Shown: positions 28,479-38,223, counted from the first letter of the stretch. The stretch: 64,000 nucleotides of DNA from an uncultured Actinomycetes bacterium (GCA_963742735.1 CAVUMN010000004.1:352001-416000); one strand, 5' to 3'. Numbers and translations are program-made. The notes: generated by a model from the sequence alone, not told the origin.

Positions 28479-28509
28479 TTGACAACGTTACATCAAGTTG
28501 TGTAACATT
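28479..28509 (+). promoter_or_regulatory. Sigma70-type promoter overlapped by an inverted repeat (putative MerR operator)
   Basis: TTGACA-N18-TAACAT; AAcGTTACA-N8-TGTAACaTT dyad across the spacer and -10. Confidence 0.7.
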
Positions 28510-28539
28510 CGCATCTGTCACGCAGGAGGAGGGCCGGAG

Positions 28540-29652
28540 ATGACCACCACGAGCACGCGGACCGCCCCGTTCACCCGGATCGACCACTTCGACGGGCCCG
28601 ATCTCGAGACCACCCCGGCCTCCCAGCTCAGGCGGATCCGCGCCCAGGCGCCGATGTTCGCCGACTGGTTCCGCGCCACCGGTCGCGTGGACACCTTCGC
28701 GGCGCGTTCGCTGGTCACGCTCCCCTACCCCCGGCGCTTCGCGCTGTGGGACGCGTGCACGGCGCCGGTCCCGTACGTCTGGATGACGAACCGGATGTTC
28801 GTGATCCGGTGGCAGGAGGACGGCCGCACGCGGACCCTGGTCGCCGAGCCCTCCGACTACGAGCTCGGCCTGAACACCCCGTTCCTGCTTCGCAGCATCG
28901 ACCGGCTGCCGATGCGCCGCGAGCGGGCGCTCGACGCCTTCTTCACTCGCCACGGACGGATCGTGGGGCACCTGGCCGAGATGGGGATCGCCCCCGAGGA
29001 CGTGGACTACCTCGCTTTCGACCACCTGCACACCCAGGACGTCCGCCGGCTGGTGGGGACGAACGGGCCAGCCCAGGACCTTGGGTACGCGGACGGCCCG
29101 GTGCCGGCCCTGTTCCCCAACGCCCGACTGATCGTCCAGCACGACGAGGTCGCCCACGTCCGCGACGTCCACCCGTTCCAGGCCCGGTTCCATCAGAGCG
29201 ACACCTACGGCGACATCCGCCAGGAGGCCCTGCTGTTGATCGAGGGCGACGTCCTGGTCGCCCCGGGGCTGGCGTTCCTCCGGACCCCCGGCCACACCTT
29301 CGGCAACCACACCCTGGTCGTGAACACGGGCCGGGGCATCTTCACCTCGTCCGAGAACGGGATCGCGGTGGAGTGCTACGCGCCGGAGGCGTCGCGGCTG
29401 CCCGGCGTGCGCCGGTGGGCAGCCCGCGAGGGCCTCGAGGTGGTCATGAACTTCAACACGCCGGAGTTCGCGAGCTGGCAATACAACTCCATGGTCAAGG
29501 AGAAGCTCATCGCCGACCCGATCCCCGGGCGGCCCGAGCTCCCGCAGGTGTTCCCGTCCTCGGAGCTGACGCGGCACTACCTGGCCCCGGGGATCCGCCC
29601 CATCTACGAGCACGGCGACCTGACGGTCGGCCGAGGGAGTGAGACACGATGA
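28540..29652 (+). CDS. Atypical metallo-beta-lactamase-fold hydrolase
   Basis: GIAPEDVDYLAFDHLHTQD, TPGHTFGNH, FPNARLIVQ; AGGAGG SD. Confidence 0.7.
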   Translation: MTTTSTRTAPFTRIDHFDGPDLETTPASQLRRIRAQAPMFADWFRATGRVDTFAARSLVTLPYPRRFALWDACTAPVPYVWMTNRMFVIRWQEDGRTRTLVAEPSDYELGLNTPFLLRSIDRLPMRRERALDAFFTRHGRIVGHLAEMGIAPEDVDYLAFDHLHTQDVRRLVGTNGPAQDLGYADGPVPALFPNARLIVQHDEVAHVRDVHPFQARFHQSDTYGDIRQEALLLIEGDVLVAPGLAFLRTPGHTFGNHTLVVNTGRGIFTSSENGIAVECYAPEASRLPGVRRWAAREGLEVVMNFNTPEFASWQYNSMVKEKLIADPIPGRPELPQVFPSSELTRHYLAPGIRPIYEHGDLTVGRGSETR

Positions 29653-32174
29653 CGTCGTTCCTGAAGGAACTGGCGAGCTACGGGACCGACTGGCTCTACC
29701 TCCTGGCGCCCCTCGGCGCGGGCCTGGCCTTCGCGGTGTGGGCCGTGGCCACCGGCGAGCCCGGCAGGGGGAACCTGGTCCAGCGGCTGCTCCACCGGGG
29801 CGGGTCCTCGCTGGAACGGGTTACGGGGCTTCCGGCGTGGTGCGCGGGCGGGCTCCTCACCGGCCTTTGGGCTCTGACCATCGCCCTGATCGGGTTCGTG
29901 TGGGACGTGGCCCTGCACGTGGACGCCGGGCGCGACACGTTCCTGTACACGCCGGGCCACATGGCGATCGTGACCGGGCTCGGACTGATCCTGGCCGCCG
30001 GGGCCGTGTCGATCATGCTCGCCACGAACGACGAGTCCGACACCGGGCTCCGCTTCCGCCACCTCCGCATCCCCCGCGGCGCGCTCGCCCTGGTGGTGCT
30101 GGGAGCCGGCGCCCTGGTCGGGTTCCCCCTCGACGAGTTCTGGCATCGCGCCTACGGCATCGACGTGACGATGTGGGGCCCCACCCACCTGATCATGATC
30201 ACGGGCGCCTCCCTGTCGCCCATTGCCCTGTGGCTCCTGCTCACCGAGGCCGGCGCGCGGGCCGGGCGCCCCGGCTTCGTCCGCGGGATGCGGGTCCTGC
30301 TGGTTGGCGCGCTGCTTACCGGGCTGTCCACGTTCCAGCTGGAGTTCGACCTCGGGGTCCCCCAGTTCCAGCACCTGTATCACCCCGTGCTGATCGCGCT
30401 GGCCGCCTCCGTGGGCCTCGTGGCCGCGCGGACGATCCTCGGCCGCGGCGGCGCGCTGGTCGCCGTCGGAGGGTTCCTGGCCATCCGGGCCGCCCTGGCC
30501 GTGCTGACCGGCGGCGTCCTGAACCTGACCCTCCCCCGCTTCCCGCTCTACCTCGGCGCCGCCCTCAGCGTCGAGCTCGCGTTCTGGCTCGGGCGGAGGC
30601 TCCGGCCGGCGGCCCTGGCGCTGGCGGCCGGGGCGGCCGTGGGGACCGCCGGGCTGGCCGCGGAGTGGGGCTGGACGCAGGTGTGGGGCCGCCACCCCTG
30701 GGGCGAGTCCCTGGTTCCGAGCGCCCTCACCGCGGTGGCCATCGCGGTGCCCGGGGCCCTGATCGGGATCGCCCTCGGCCGGGTCGCGTCGTTCCGCACG
30801 GCCGGCATCCGGTGGCCGGTCGTCCTGGCCGCCGGGCTGGCGATCGTCGCCCTCCTGGGCGTGCCCCTGCAGCGCAACGCCGACCCCATCCGGGCCGAGG
30901 TCGTGACCCGGCCGGCCGGTGCCGGGCTCGTGGACGTCGAGGTCACGCTGAACCCGGCGAACGAGGGGTACGGGGCCGACTGGTTCGAGGTCCTGTCCTG
31001 GCAGGGCGGGCGCGCACGCGTCAGCCACATGGTGCCCCTGGGCGACGGGCGATTCGCCGCGGAGCGCCCGGTGCCGGTGGGCGCTCCCTGGAAGAGCGTC
31101 ATCCGGCTGGCCCATCACGACCTGGTCATGGCCGTCCCCGTCTACATGCCGGCCGACCCCGAGCTCGGCCTGACGGAGATCCCCGTCGCCTCTCGTCGAG
31201 TGACGACCATCCAGCGCGACACCGACATGCTGATGCGCGAGGCGCACGGCGGACCCATCCTGCCGGCCCTCGTGGCCTACGGGTTCATCCTGGCGATCGC
31301 CGTTGTGTGGGTGACGGTGCTGGCCCGGGGGTATGCGGCGCTGAGCCGTCCTGGGCCCGGCACCGGCGGCGGACCGCTGTCCGGACGCCGCATCGTGGTC
31401 ACCGGCGCCCGCGGGGGCATCGGAACGGCCGCGGTGAAGGCCCTGCGGGCCGAGGGGGCGCGCGTCGTCGGGGTCGACCGGCGTCCGGGCCCCGACGTGG
31501 TGGCGGGCGACGTCACCGACCTCGCCTCGATGGAGGCGGCGCTCGCGGAGGCCGCGCGGCGGCTGGGCGGCATCGACACCCTCGTCAACAACGCCGGCAT
31601 CGGGCGCGCCCAGGACTCGGGAGCGGCCCCGGACCTGGATTCCCGGGCCACGCTCGAGGTCAACCTGCTGGGAACCTGGATCACGACCGCGGCCGCGAGG
31701 CCCCACCTGCTCGCCGAGCGGGGACACGTGGTCAACGTGGCCTCGGGGCTCGCGATCGTGAACGTCCCCTATTCGGCCGCGTACGCCGCCAGCAAGCGCG
31801 GCGTGCACGCCTACTCCGACGTGCTCCGCCTGGAGTACGGCGGCCGGCTCACCGTGACCACCGTCGATCCGGGCTACGTGCGCACGGCCATCCATGACCG
31901 GACCGCGGAGGCCGGCGTGTCGATCGACGGGCTGGTCTGGGCGGACTCGGTCAACCAGGCGGCGGCGGCCATCGTCCGGGCGTGCATCGACCGGCCCCGG
32001 GGCGTCTCCACCAGCGCCAGGACGGGTCTCGGCCTCGCCCTGGCCCGGCACTTCCCGCGGGCCACCGACGTCGTCGTCGGGTGGCGGTTCCGGCGCTCCG
32101 GCCGCACCCTCGCGCCGGCCGCCGCACCCCACCGGCCCGCCCTCCAGCCGCGGGAGGTACGGGCAGCGGGCTGA
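29649..32174 (+). CDS. Polytopic membrane metalloprotein (PmoC/AmoC-like His/Asp motifs) fused to a C-terminal SDR oxidoreductase
   Basis: WDVALH..GRD..TPGH and LDEFWH..GID..GPTH in TM helices; SDR motifs TGARGGIG, NNAG, YAASK, PG. Confidence 0.7.
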   Translation: MTSFLKELASYGTDWLYLLAPLGAGLAFAVWAVATGEPGRGNLVQRLLHRGGSSLERVTGLPAWCAGGLLTGLWALTIALIGFVWDVALHVDAGRDTFLYTPGHMAIVTGLGLILAAGAVSIMLATNDESDTGLRFRHLRIPRGALALVVLGAGALVGFPLDEFWHRAYGIDVTMWGPTHLIMITGASLSPIALWLLLTEAGARAGRPGFVRGMRVLLVGALLTGLSTFQLEFDLGVPQFQHLYHPVLIALAASVGLVAARTILGRGGALVAVGGFLAIRAALAVLTGGVLNLTLPRFPLYLGAALSVELAFWLGRRLRPAALALAAGAAVGTAGLAAEWGWTQVWGRHPWGESLVPSALTAVAIAVPGALIGIALGRVASFRTAGIRWPVVLAAGLAIVALLGVPLQRNADPIRAEVVTRPAGAGLVDVEVTLNPANEGYGADWFEVLSWQGGRARVSHMVPLGDGRFAAERPVPVGAPWKSVIRLAHHDLVMAVPVYMPADPELGLTEIPVASRRVTTIQRDTDMLMREAHGGPILPALVAYGFILAIAVVWVTVLARGYAALSRPGPGTGGGPLSGRRIVVTGARGGIGTAAVKALRAEGARVVGVDRRPGPDVVAGDVTDLASMEAALAEAARRLGGIDTLVNNAGIGRAQDSGAAPDLDSRATLEVNLLGTWITTAAARPHLLAERGHVVNVASGLAIVNVPYSAAYAASKRGVHAYSDVLRLEYGGRLTVTTVDPGYVRTAIHDRTAEAGVSIDGLVWADSVNQAAAAIVRACIDRPRGVSTSARTGLGLALARHFPRATDVVVGWRFRRSGRTLAPAAAPHRPALQPREVRAAG

Positions 32175-32246
32175 CTCCCCCGCATTGGGTTCAATCCGGA
32201 CATCTCATGCCTGGAAGAGGCAGGGATCGGGCCGGGAACGACGTAT

Positions 32247-32275
32247 TTGAATGGGCAGGTGCGCCCACCTATGCT
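32247..32275 (+). promoter_or_regulatory. Sigma70-type promoter
   Basis: TTGAAT-N17-TATGCT upstream of AAGGAGG and the ATG at 32307. Confidence 0.55.
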
Positions 32276-32306
32276 CGACCGACCCGCCAAGGAGGCTTGC
32301 CCCCCG

Positions 32307-33683
32307 ATGCGATCCGCCCGCACGGTCTTCCGGACGATCACCCTGCTTCTCGTGCTCACCACGGCCTTCGTCGGGCTTCCCGCCGGTGCGGCCCTGGCGA
32401 ATCACGGGTCGAACACGATCGACGCCGACCCCGAGACCCAGTCGAAGGAAGCCAACGCCGAGGGTGAGGCCGGCACCGCCACGATCACGGCGGTCTACTC
32501 CTCTCCCCTGATCATCGCGCTCGCGGGACCCAACATCGACTTCGAGATCGAGTCCGGGCCCGGCGACACCGACGGGAACACTCCCCGCTCGCCGGACATG
32601 ACCTGCGACATCGGCCCGCTGATCCTCACCACCTGCTCGGTGGACTACACGGCGCCGAGCCGCGGGATCGACATCGTCCGCGTGTGGATCGACCACGACG
32701 CCGACGACCAGACCGTGGAATACGACAACGACGAGGGCCTCGACGAGACGATCGTGCCCGGGGCGGCCGAGCCGGACATCACCGACGTGGTCCACGTCAA
32801 CTGGACGCAGGGTCCGGCGGTCAAGCTGGACTGCGACGACCGAGCGGGCGACGACACCGAGAAGTACTTCACCTCCGAGAGCCCCACCTACAAGTGCAAG
32901 GCCTCCGACGCCGGCAACGTGGGTCTCGAGGGCATCCTGATCGACGGCGAGAACCTCAGCTCCAACGGCGTCAACGATCCCGAGAGCGTCGACGCCGACT
33001 ACGACAACTTCTGCACCACGGGTGGCGACGGCACCTGCACGGCCTCGATACCCACCCAGGGCGACATGGGCACCGCCGACATCTGCTTCTGGACCGACAA
33101 CGACGAGGACAACGTGTACGACCCGCTGGCGGAGAACGAGGACGCGTCCGTCAACCACACCGACGGAGGCGACTGCGACAGCGAGAAGCACGACGAGCCC
33201 GAGAACAGCGACCGCACCGACGTCGTCCGGCCGACGTGGGAGCGGGAGACCGTCGCGCCGGTCAGCGTTCTGGTCCGCCCGAAACGGGGCGTGACCTACC
33301 AGCAGAACGCGATCATGCAGTTCCAGGCCACCGCCACCGACGCCAACTCCAGCGTGGAGCTGGTGCAGTTCGCCCTGCGCAAGTACCTCAAGAGCGGCAA
33401 GTGCGCGAACTGGGACGGCACGAAGTTCGTCACCGGGTCCTGCTCCCTGCGGGTGTGGATCAACGGCAGCTTCGACACCAAGGGGACCACCGACCCTGCG
33501 GACGACGTGTGGAAATACGACCTCCCGAACCGAATGAACCCGAGCACGGCCGGCGGTTACCAGGCCAAGGACTACGTGGTCCTGTCGCGGGCGTGGGACT
33601 CGTCCGGGAACATCGAGTCGGTGTTCACCAACGGACGGAACCGCAACGTGTTCGAGGTCGCGCCCTCCCCGCAGCCGGCGTAA
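32307..33683 (+). CDS. Secreted acidic, Cys-containing Ig-like repeat protein
   Basis: Signal peptide ending ALA; Asp-rich beta domains with paired Cys; C-terminal YVVLSRAWDSSGNIE Ig strand. Confidence 0.7.
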   Translation: MRSARTVFRTITLLLVLTTAFVGLPAGAALANHGSNTIDADPETQSKEANAEGEAGTATITAVYSSPLIIALAGPNIDFEIESGPGDTDGNTPRSPDMTCDIGPLILTTCSVDYTAPSRGIDIVRVWIDHDADDQTVEYDNDEGLDETIVPGAAEPDITDVVHVNWTQGPAVKLDCDDRAGDDTEKYFTSESPTYKCKASDAGNVGLEGILIDGENLSSNGVNDPESVDADYDNFCTTGGDGTCTASIPTQGDMGTADICFWTDNDEDNVYDPLAENEDASVNHTDGGDCDSEKHDEPENSDRTDVVRPTWERETVAPVSVLVRPKRGVTYQQNAIMQFQATATDANSSVELVQFALRKYLKSGKCANWDGTKFVTGSCSLRVWINGSFDTKGTTDPADDVWKYDLPNRMNPSTAGGYQAKDYVVLSRAWDSSGNIESVFTNGRNRNVFEVAPSPQPA

Positions 33684-33686
33684 CCG

Positions 33687-34451
33687 CTAGCCGGATCCCA
33701 CCGGGTCGGTCCTGATCAGCCGCGCCCGCACGATCAGCCGCTCGCGCGCGCTTCCCTCGGGATGGCAGGTCGTGAGGGTCAGGTAGAAGCCGTCGAGCTC
33801 GTCAACCACCGACCAGTCGGCAGGGTGGGTGACGAAGGGGCTTCGCACGACCTCGTACCAGCAGGTCCCCAGCGGCGTCTCCAGCACGATCTCGTCACCG
33901 ATCTCCATCTCGTCGACCCGGGCGAACGGCTTCGAGTAGGTGGTGCGGTGGCCGGCGATGGCCGCGTTCCCGGACTCGCACGGAAGCGCCGTCCCCTGAT
34001 AGTGCCCGGCCCCCGCCCGCAGGGACGAGAGCGTGGTGCCCTCCACGACGATCGCGTCCACCCCCAGGCTCGGAATCTCGATGCGCGTCAGCGCCGAGCC
34101 GGGCTCGATCGAGCGCGTCTCGTAGGCCTGACGGGTCTCCGGCGAGCGGAACTCCGTCGCCAGGCGGTCCTGCTTCCAGTCGGCGTACCAGTTCGTGGCG
34201 AAGGGGAACATGAACATCCCCACCCCGGTCAGGAAGAGCAGGACCGACAGGCCCATGAGCATCCTCCGGGCGACCGGCCGGCGCCGCCAGACGTCGAACA
34301 GCAGGCCCACGACCGAGCCCGCACGGCGCACCGGCCCGGGCGGGCGCTCGTCCGGGACCGAAGGCCGCGGCAGGACCTCGCGGGGGTAGATCGGGTCCTT
34401 CGGAAGCCGCGGCAGGACCGGTTCGTCGTCGGGGAGATCGCCGGTTGACAC
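33687..34451 (-). CDS. Class E-like sortase (canonical catalytic residues)
   Basis: RIEIPSLG..IVVEG, AGHRTTY, TLTTC, ERLIVRA. Confidence 0.9.
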   Translation of the reverse strand: MSTGDLPDDEPVLPRLPKDPIYPREVLPRPSVPDERPPGPVRRAGSVVGLLFDVWRRRPVARRMLMGLSVLLFLTGVGMFMFPFATNWYADWKQDRLATEFRSPETRQAYETRSIEPGSALTRIEIPSLGVDAIVVEGTTLSSLRAGAGHYQGTALPCESGNAAIAGHRTTYSKPFARVDEMEIGDEIVLETPLGTCWYEVVRSPFVTHPADWSVVDELDGFYLTLTTCHPEGSARERLIVRARLIRTDPVGSG

Positions 34452-34468
34452 CGAGAGGGTTCCTCCGC

Positions 34469-34514
34469 CAATATATCGGTTCGATATATTGAGTCGATAG
34501 ATCGTGTCGATATA
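34469..34514. promoter_or_regulatory. Tandem palindromes, putative PadR operator
   Basis: Perfect CAATATATCG-GTT-CGATATATTG (34469-34491) and imperfect TAGATCG-TGT-CGATATA (34498-34514) in an AT-rich divergent intergenic region. Confidence 0.7.
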
Positions 34515-34535
34515 GGGAACGCGGAAGGGATTCTA

Positions 34536-35153
34536 ATGCTCGAACTCGCGGTGCTGGGCCTCCTGAAGGAGCGCACCATGCACGGCTACCAGCTCAAGAA
34601 GCGGCTGTCCGACACGCTGGGCGCATTCTGGCAGGTGTCGTATGGCTCGCTTTACCCCGCCCTCAAGCGGCTCCAGCGTGAGGGAGCCGTGGAGATGGTC
34701 TTCGCCAAGGAGGAGGTCGGGCGGCGCAAGAACGTGTACCGGGTCACGCCGCAGGGGGAGCAGCTGTTCCAGTCGCTCCTCGAGGAGACGGGCAGCGAGG
34801 CGGGCGAGGACCACAAGTTCCAGATCCGCCTGGCGTTCTTCCGGTACCTGCGCCCCGAGACCCGCATCGGGGTCCTCGAGCGTCGCCGGGCCTACCTGCA
34901 GGGGCGGCTCGCGCAGCTCGAACGCTCGTTCAGCGACTACCGCGAGCGGAGCGACGGCTACACGCTCAGCCTGATGCGCCACGGCGTTGACGCCGTCGAG
35001 CACGACATCAAGTGGCTCGACGGGCTCATCGACGCCGAGCGGCGCAACGCCAAGACGACGCCCACTCGGCGGCCGGCCAGGGGGACGCGTGCCCGCGCGA
35101 CCCGGCCGACCCCCTCCAATCCATCCCCCGTCCCTCAGAAGGAGAACGCGTGA
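34536..35153 (+). CDS. PadR family regulator (Rv0047c-like)
   Basis: [17 protein letters not shown]...[12 protein letters not shown]...RRKNVY.VT..G; directly upstream of ino1. Confidence 0.9.
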   Translation: MLELAVLGLLKERTMHGYQLKKRLSDTLGAFWQVSYGSLYPALKRLQREGAVEMVFAKEEVGRRKNVYRVTPQGEQLFQSLLEETGSEAGEDHKFQIRLAFFRYLRPETRIGVLERRRAYLQGRLAQLERSFSDYRERSDGYTLSLMRHGVDAVEHDIKWLDGLIDAERRNAKTTPTRRPARGTRARATRPTPSNPSPVPQKENA

Positions 35154-36280
35154 TGACTGAGAAGATCCGGCTCGCGATCGTCGGCGTCGGCAACTGCGCC
35201 TCGTCCCTGATGCAGGGGATCGAGTTCTACCGCGGGGTCGACCCGGCCGACGACGTCCCCGGTCTGATGCACGTGAAGCTCGGTCCGTATCACGTCTCCG
35301 ACGTGGAGGTCGTGGCCGCGTTCGACGTGGACGGCAAGAAGGTCGGCCACGACGTGGCCGAGGCGATCTTCACCGAGCCGAACAACACCACGAAGTTCGC
35401 GGACGTCCCGCCGCTGGGGATCGACGTCCTTCGCGGGCCGACGTACGACGGGCTCGGGCACTACTACCGCGAGGTCATCACCGAGTCGGACGAGCCGGCC
35501 GTCGACGTCGCCCAGGCGCTCCGCGACGCCCACGCCGACGTCGTCATCTCCTACCTGCCCGTCGGCAGCGAGGAGGCCACGAAGCACTACGCGCAGGCCG
35601 CGATCCTGGCCGGCGCCGGGTTCGTGAACTGCATGCCGGTGTTCATCGCCTCGCAGACCGAGTGGGCGAAGCGCTTCGCGGACGCCGGCGTGCCGATCGT
35701 GGGCGACGACATCAAGAGCCAGGTCGGGGCCACGATCGTCCACCGGATCCTCGCGAAGCTGTTCGAGGACCGCGGTGTCCAGCTCGACCACACCTCCCAG
35801 CTGAACTTCGGCGGGAACATGGACTTCATGAACATGCTCGAGCGCGAGCGCCTTTCGTCCAAGAAGATCTCCAAGACCCAGTCGGTGCAGTCCCAGCTCC
35901 GCAACGAGCTGTCGAAGGACGACATCCACATCGGCCCCTCCGACTACGTGCCGTGGCTGCAGGACCGCAAGTGGGCGCACATCCGCCTGGAGGGCCGCGA
36001 GTTCGGCAACGTCCCGATGTCCATCGAGCTGAAGCTCGAGGTGTGGGACAGCCCGAACTCGGCCGGCGTCGCCATCGACGCGATCCGCTGCGCGAAGATC
36101 GCCCTCGACCGCGGGCAGGGCGGCCCCCTCATCGGGCCCTCCGCCTACTTCATGAAGTCGCCGCCGGTGCAGTTCTCCGACGAGGGTGCCCGGGAGATGG
36201 TGGAGGAGTTCATCATCGGCAACGGCGCATCCTCGAAGGCCGACTGGACCGCGTTCTTCGACGCCAAGCCCACCAGCTAG
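35153..36280 (+). CDS. ino1: Inositol-3-phosphate synthase
   Basis: [49 protein letters not shown]. Confidence 0.97.
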   Translation: MTEKIRLAIVGVGNCASSLMQGIEFYRGVDPADDVPGLMHVKLGPYHVSDVEVVAAFDVDGKKVGHDVAEAIFTEPNNTTKFADVPPLGIDVLRGPTYDGLGHYYREVITESDEPAVDVAQALRDAHADVVISYLPVGSEEATKHYAQAAILAGAGFVNCMPVFIASQTEWAKRFADAGVPIVGDDIKSQVGATIVHRILAKLFEDRGVQLDHTSQLNFGGNMDFMNMLERERLSSKKISKTQSVQSQLRNELSKDDIHIGPSDYVPWLQDRKWAHIRLEGREFGNVPMSIELKLEVWDSPNSAGVAIDAIRCAKIALDRGQGGPLIGPSAYFMKSPPVQFSDEGAREMVEEFIIGNGASSKADWTAFFDAKPTS

Positions 36281-36334
36281 GCACTCCCGCCCGAGTCCCG
36301 CCGTACGGGGGCGCCTCCACGTAGGCTGCCCCGC

Positions 36335-37792
36335 GTGACCCGGCCGATCGACCGCGCGAAGCGAGCGTTGAGCTCGGCCGATTTCCGGTTCCTGCTGACG
36401 GGGCGCCTGCTCTCCCAGTTCGCCGACGGGCTGTTCCAGGCCGTGCTGGTCACCCTCATCGTCTTCCTGGCGCCGGAGGAGCAGTCGACGGCCGCCGGCC
36501 TGGCCCGGGCCACCGCGATCCTGGTCGTGCCCTACTCCGTGGTGGGGCCGTTCGCGGGCGTGTTCATCGACCGGTGGTCGCGGCGGGGGATCCTTCGCAC
36601 CACCCCGCTCATCCGCGGGGCCGCGGCTCTGGCCATCCTCCCGCTGGTGGGCGAGAGTTTGGTGCTATACGCGTTCGCCCTGGTGGTGACGTCGCTGAAC
36701 CGCTTCTACCTGGCCACCGCGAGCGCCTCGCTCCCTTCGCTGGTCGAGGAGGACGACCTGCTCGTCGCCAACTCGATGGCCGCCGTGGGAGGCACCGTGA
36801 CGACCTTCCTCGGGTTCGGGATCGGGACGCAGTTCGCCGACGCCATCGGGTCGGACCCGCTGCTGCTCGCCATGGGCGTCCTCTACGCGATCGCGGCGTT
36901 CATGGCCTCGCGGATCCGGACGCCGCTTCGGCCCAAGGGCCTCCGGGAGACGAAGAAGATCAACCTGGCCGGCCACGCCAGAGACCTGGTCGCGGGGCTG
37001 CGCCGCCTCCGGGCCACTCCGCCGGCGCTCGCCTCGATCGTGTCGCTCGCCCTCGACCAGATCATGGTCGGGATCGTCACGGCGCTCTCGCTCGTCGTGT
37101 TCCGTGACCTCTTCGACCAGGGGGTCGCGTCGTACGGGCGGATCGTGGGGGCCGGCGGCGTCGGCATCCTTGTCGGCATCGTCACGGTCGGCGTGCTCGA
37201 GTCACGGATGTCCAAGCCCCGCATCGTCGCGGTCGGGTTCGCCCTGGCCGGGGTGGTGTGCCTGGCGATGGCGCCGTTCGTCACCGGCTTCACGATGCTC
37301 GTCGTCTCGTTCACGCTCGGGCTCACGTTCGCGTACCGGAAGATCCCGGCGGACACGATCGTCCAGGAGTCGGTGCCCGACCGGTACCGCGGCCGGATCT
37401 TCGCCGCGTACGACTTCTGCTACGGGCTGGCGCGCCCGGTCGGGGTGGCCCTCTCGATCCCGCTGATCCCCGCGGAGGCCACGAAGGCGTCCACCGGCGG
37501 CCTCGTCGCGCTGGTCGGGCTCGTCTACCTGCTGTGGACGCCCATCCTGCCGTTCTGGATCCGCCGGCCGCGCCAGGTGACGATGCGCTTCTACTCGGGT
37601 GGGCGGGCCGAGGAGGTCCCTCGGGCGATCGTCGTCGCCGGGGAGGAGGAGCCCGTCGAGGTCGAGGAATCCGTCCTCGAGGAGGTCGACGGCAAGCGGC
37701 GGCGGCGGTATCGGCTGCGCGCCGAGGACGGCAACCTCATCGAGGTGTGGGCGCCGGAGGGCGCCGAAACCTGGACCGTGGACCGGTGGTAG
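36335..37792 (+). CDS. MFS transporter with extra C-terminal soluble domain
   Basis: SQFADG.FQ, PYSVVGPFAGVFIDRWSRR, YRGRIFAAYD; conserved position after ino1. Confidence 0.85.
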   Translation: MTRPIDRAKRALSSADFRFLLTGRLLSQFADGLFQAVLVTLIVFLAPEEQSTAAGLARATAILVVPYSVVGPFAGVFIDRWSRRGILRTTPLIRGAAALAILPLVGESLVLYAFALVVTSLNRFYLATASASLPSLVEEDDLLVANSMAAVGGTVTTFLGFGIGTQFADAIGSDPLLLAMGVLYAIAAFMASRIRTPLRPKGLRETKKINLAGHARDLVAGLRRLRATPPALASIVSLALDQIMVGIVTALSLVVFRDLFDQGVASYGRIVGAGGVGILVGIVTVGVLESRMSKPRIVAVGFALAGVVCLAMAPFVTGFTMLVVSFTLGLTFAYRKIPADTIVQESVPDRYRGRIFAAYDFCYGLARPVGVALSIPLIPAEATKASTGGLVALVGLVYLLWTPILPFWIRRPRQVTMRFYSGGRAEEVPRAIVVAGEEEPVEVEESVLEEVDGKRRRRYRLRAEDGNLIEVWAPEGAETWTVDRW

Positions 37793-37833
37793 GTTTGAGT
37801 TTCTGGCACCCCCCGACACCAAGGAGGACCCGC

Positions 37834-38223
37834 ATGCTCAAGGACTGGTTCCGCCCGGAGCGCACCGTGCACGCGCACTGCGACCTGCCGTGCGGCGTGT
37901 ACGACCCGGCCCAGGCGCGCATCGAGGCCGAGTCCGTGAAGGCGATCCAGGAGAAGTACGCGGACGGCGACGACGACTTCAAGACGCGCGCGATCGCCAT
38001 CAAGGAGGAGCGCGCGGACATGGTGAAGCACCACCTGTGGGTGTTGTGGACCGACTACTTCAAGCCCGAGCACCTCGAGAAGTTCCCCGAGCTGCACGAC
38101 ACGTTCTGGAAGGCCACCAAGGAGGCCGGCGCCGCCAAGAAGTCCGTGGACCCGAAGCAGGGCCAGGCGCTCCTGGATCTCATCGCCGAGGTGGACCGCA
38201 TCTTCTGGGAGACCAAGAAGTAG
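37834..38223 (+). CDS. sodN: Nickel superoxide dismutase precursor
   Basis: Nickel hook HCDLPCGVYDP after a 14-aa leader; KHHLWVLWTDYFK; AAGGAGG SD. Confidence 0.97.
   Translation: MLKDWFRPERTVHAHCDLPCGVYDPAQARIEAESVKAIQEKYADGDDDFKTRAIAIKEERADMVKHHLWVLWTDYFKPEHLEKFPELHDTFWKATKEAGAAKKSVDPKQGQALLDLIAEVDRIFWETKK

Noticed and set aside
29649-32174. True methane/ammonia monooxygenase operon
   Set aside because: No recognisable separate pmoA/pmoB genes; similarity is limited to metal-site motifs
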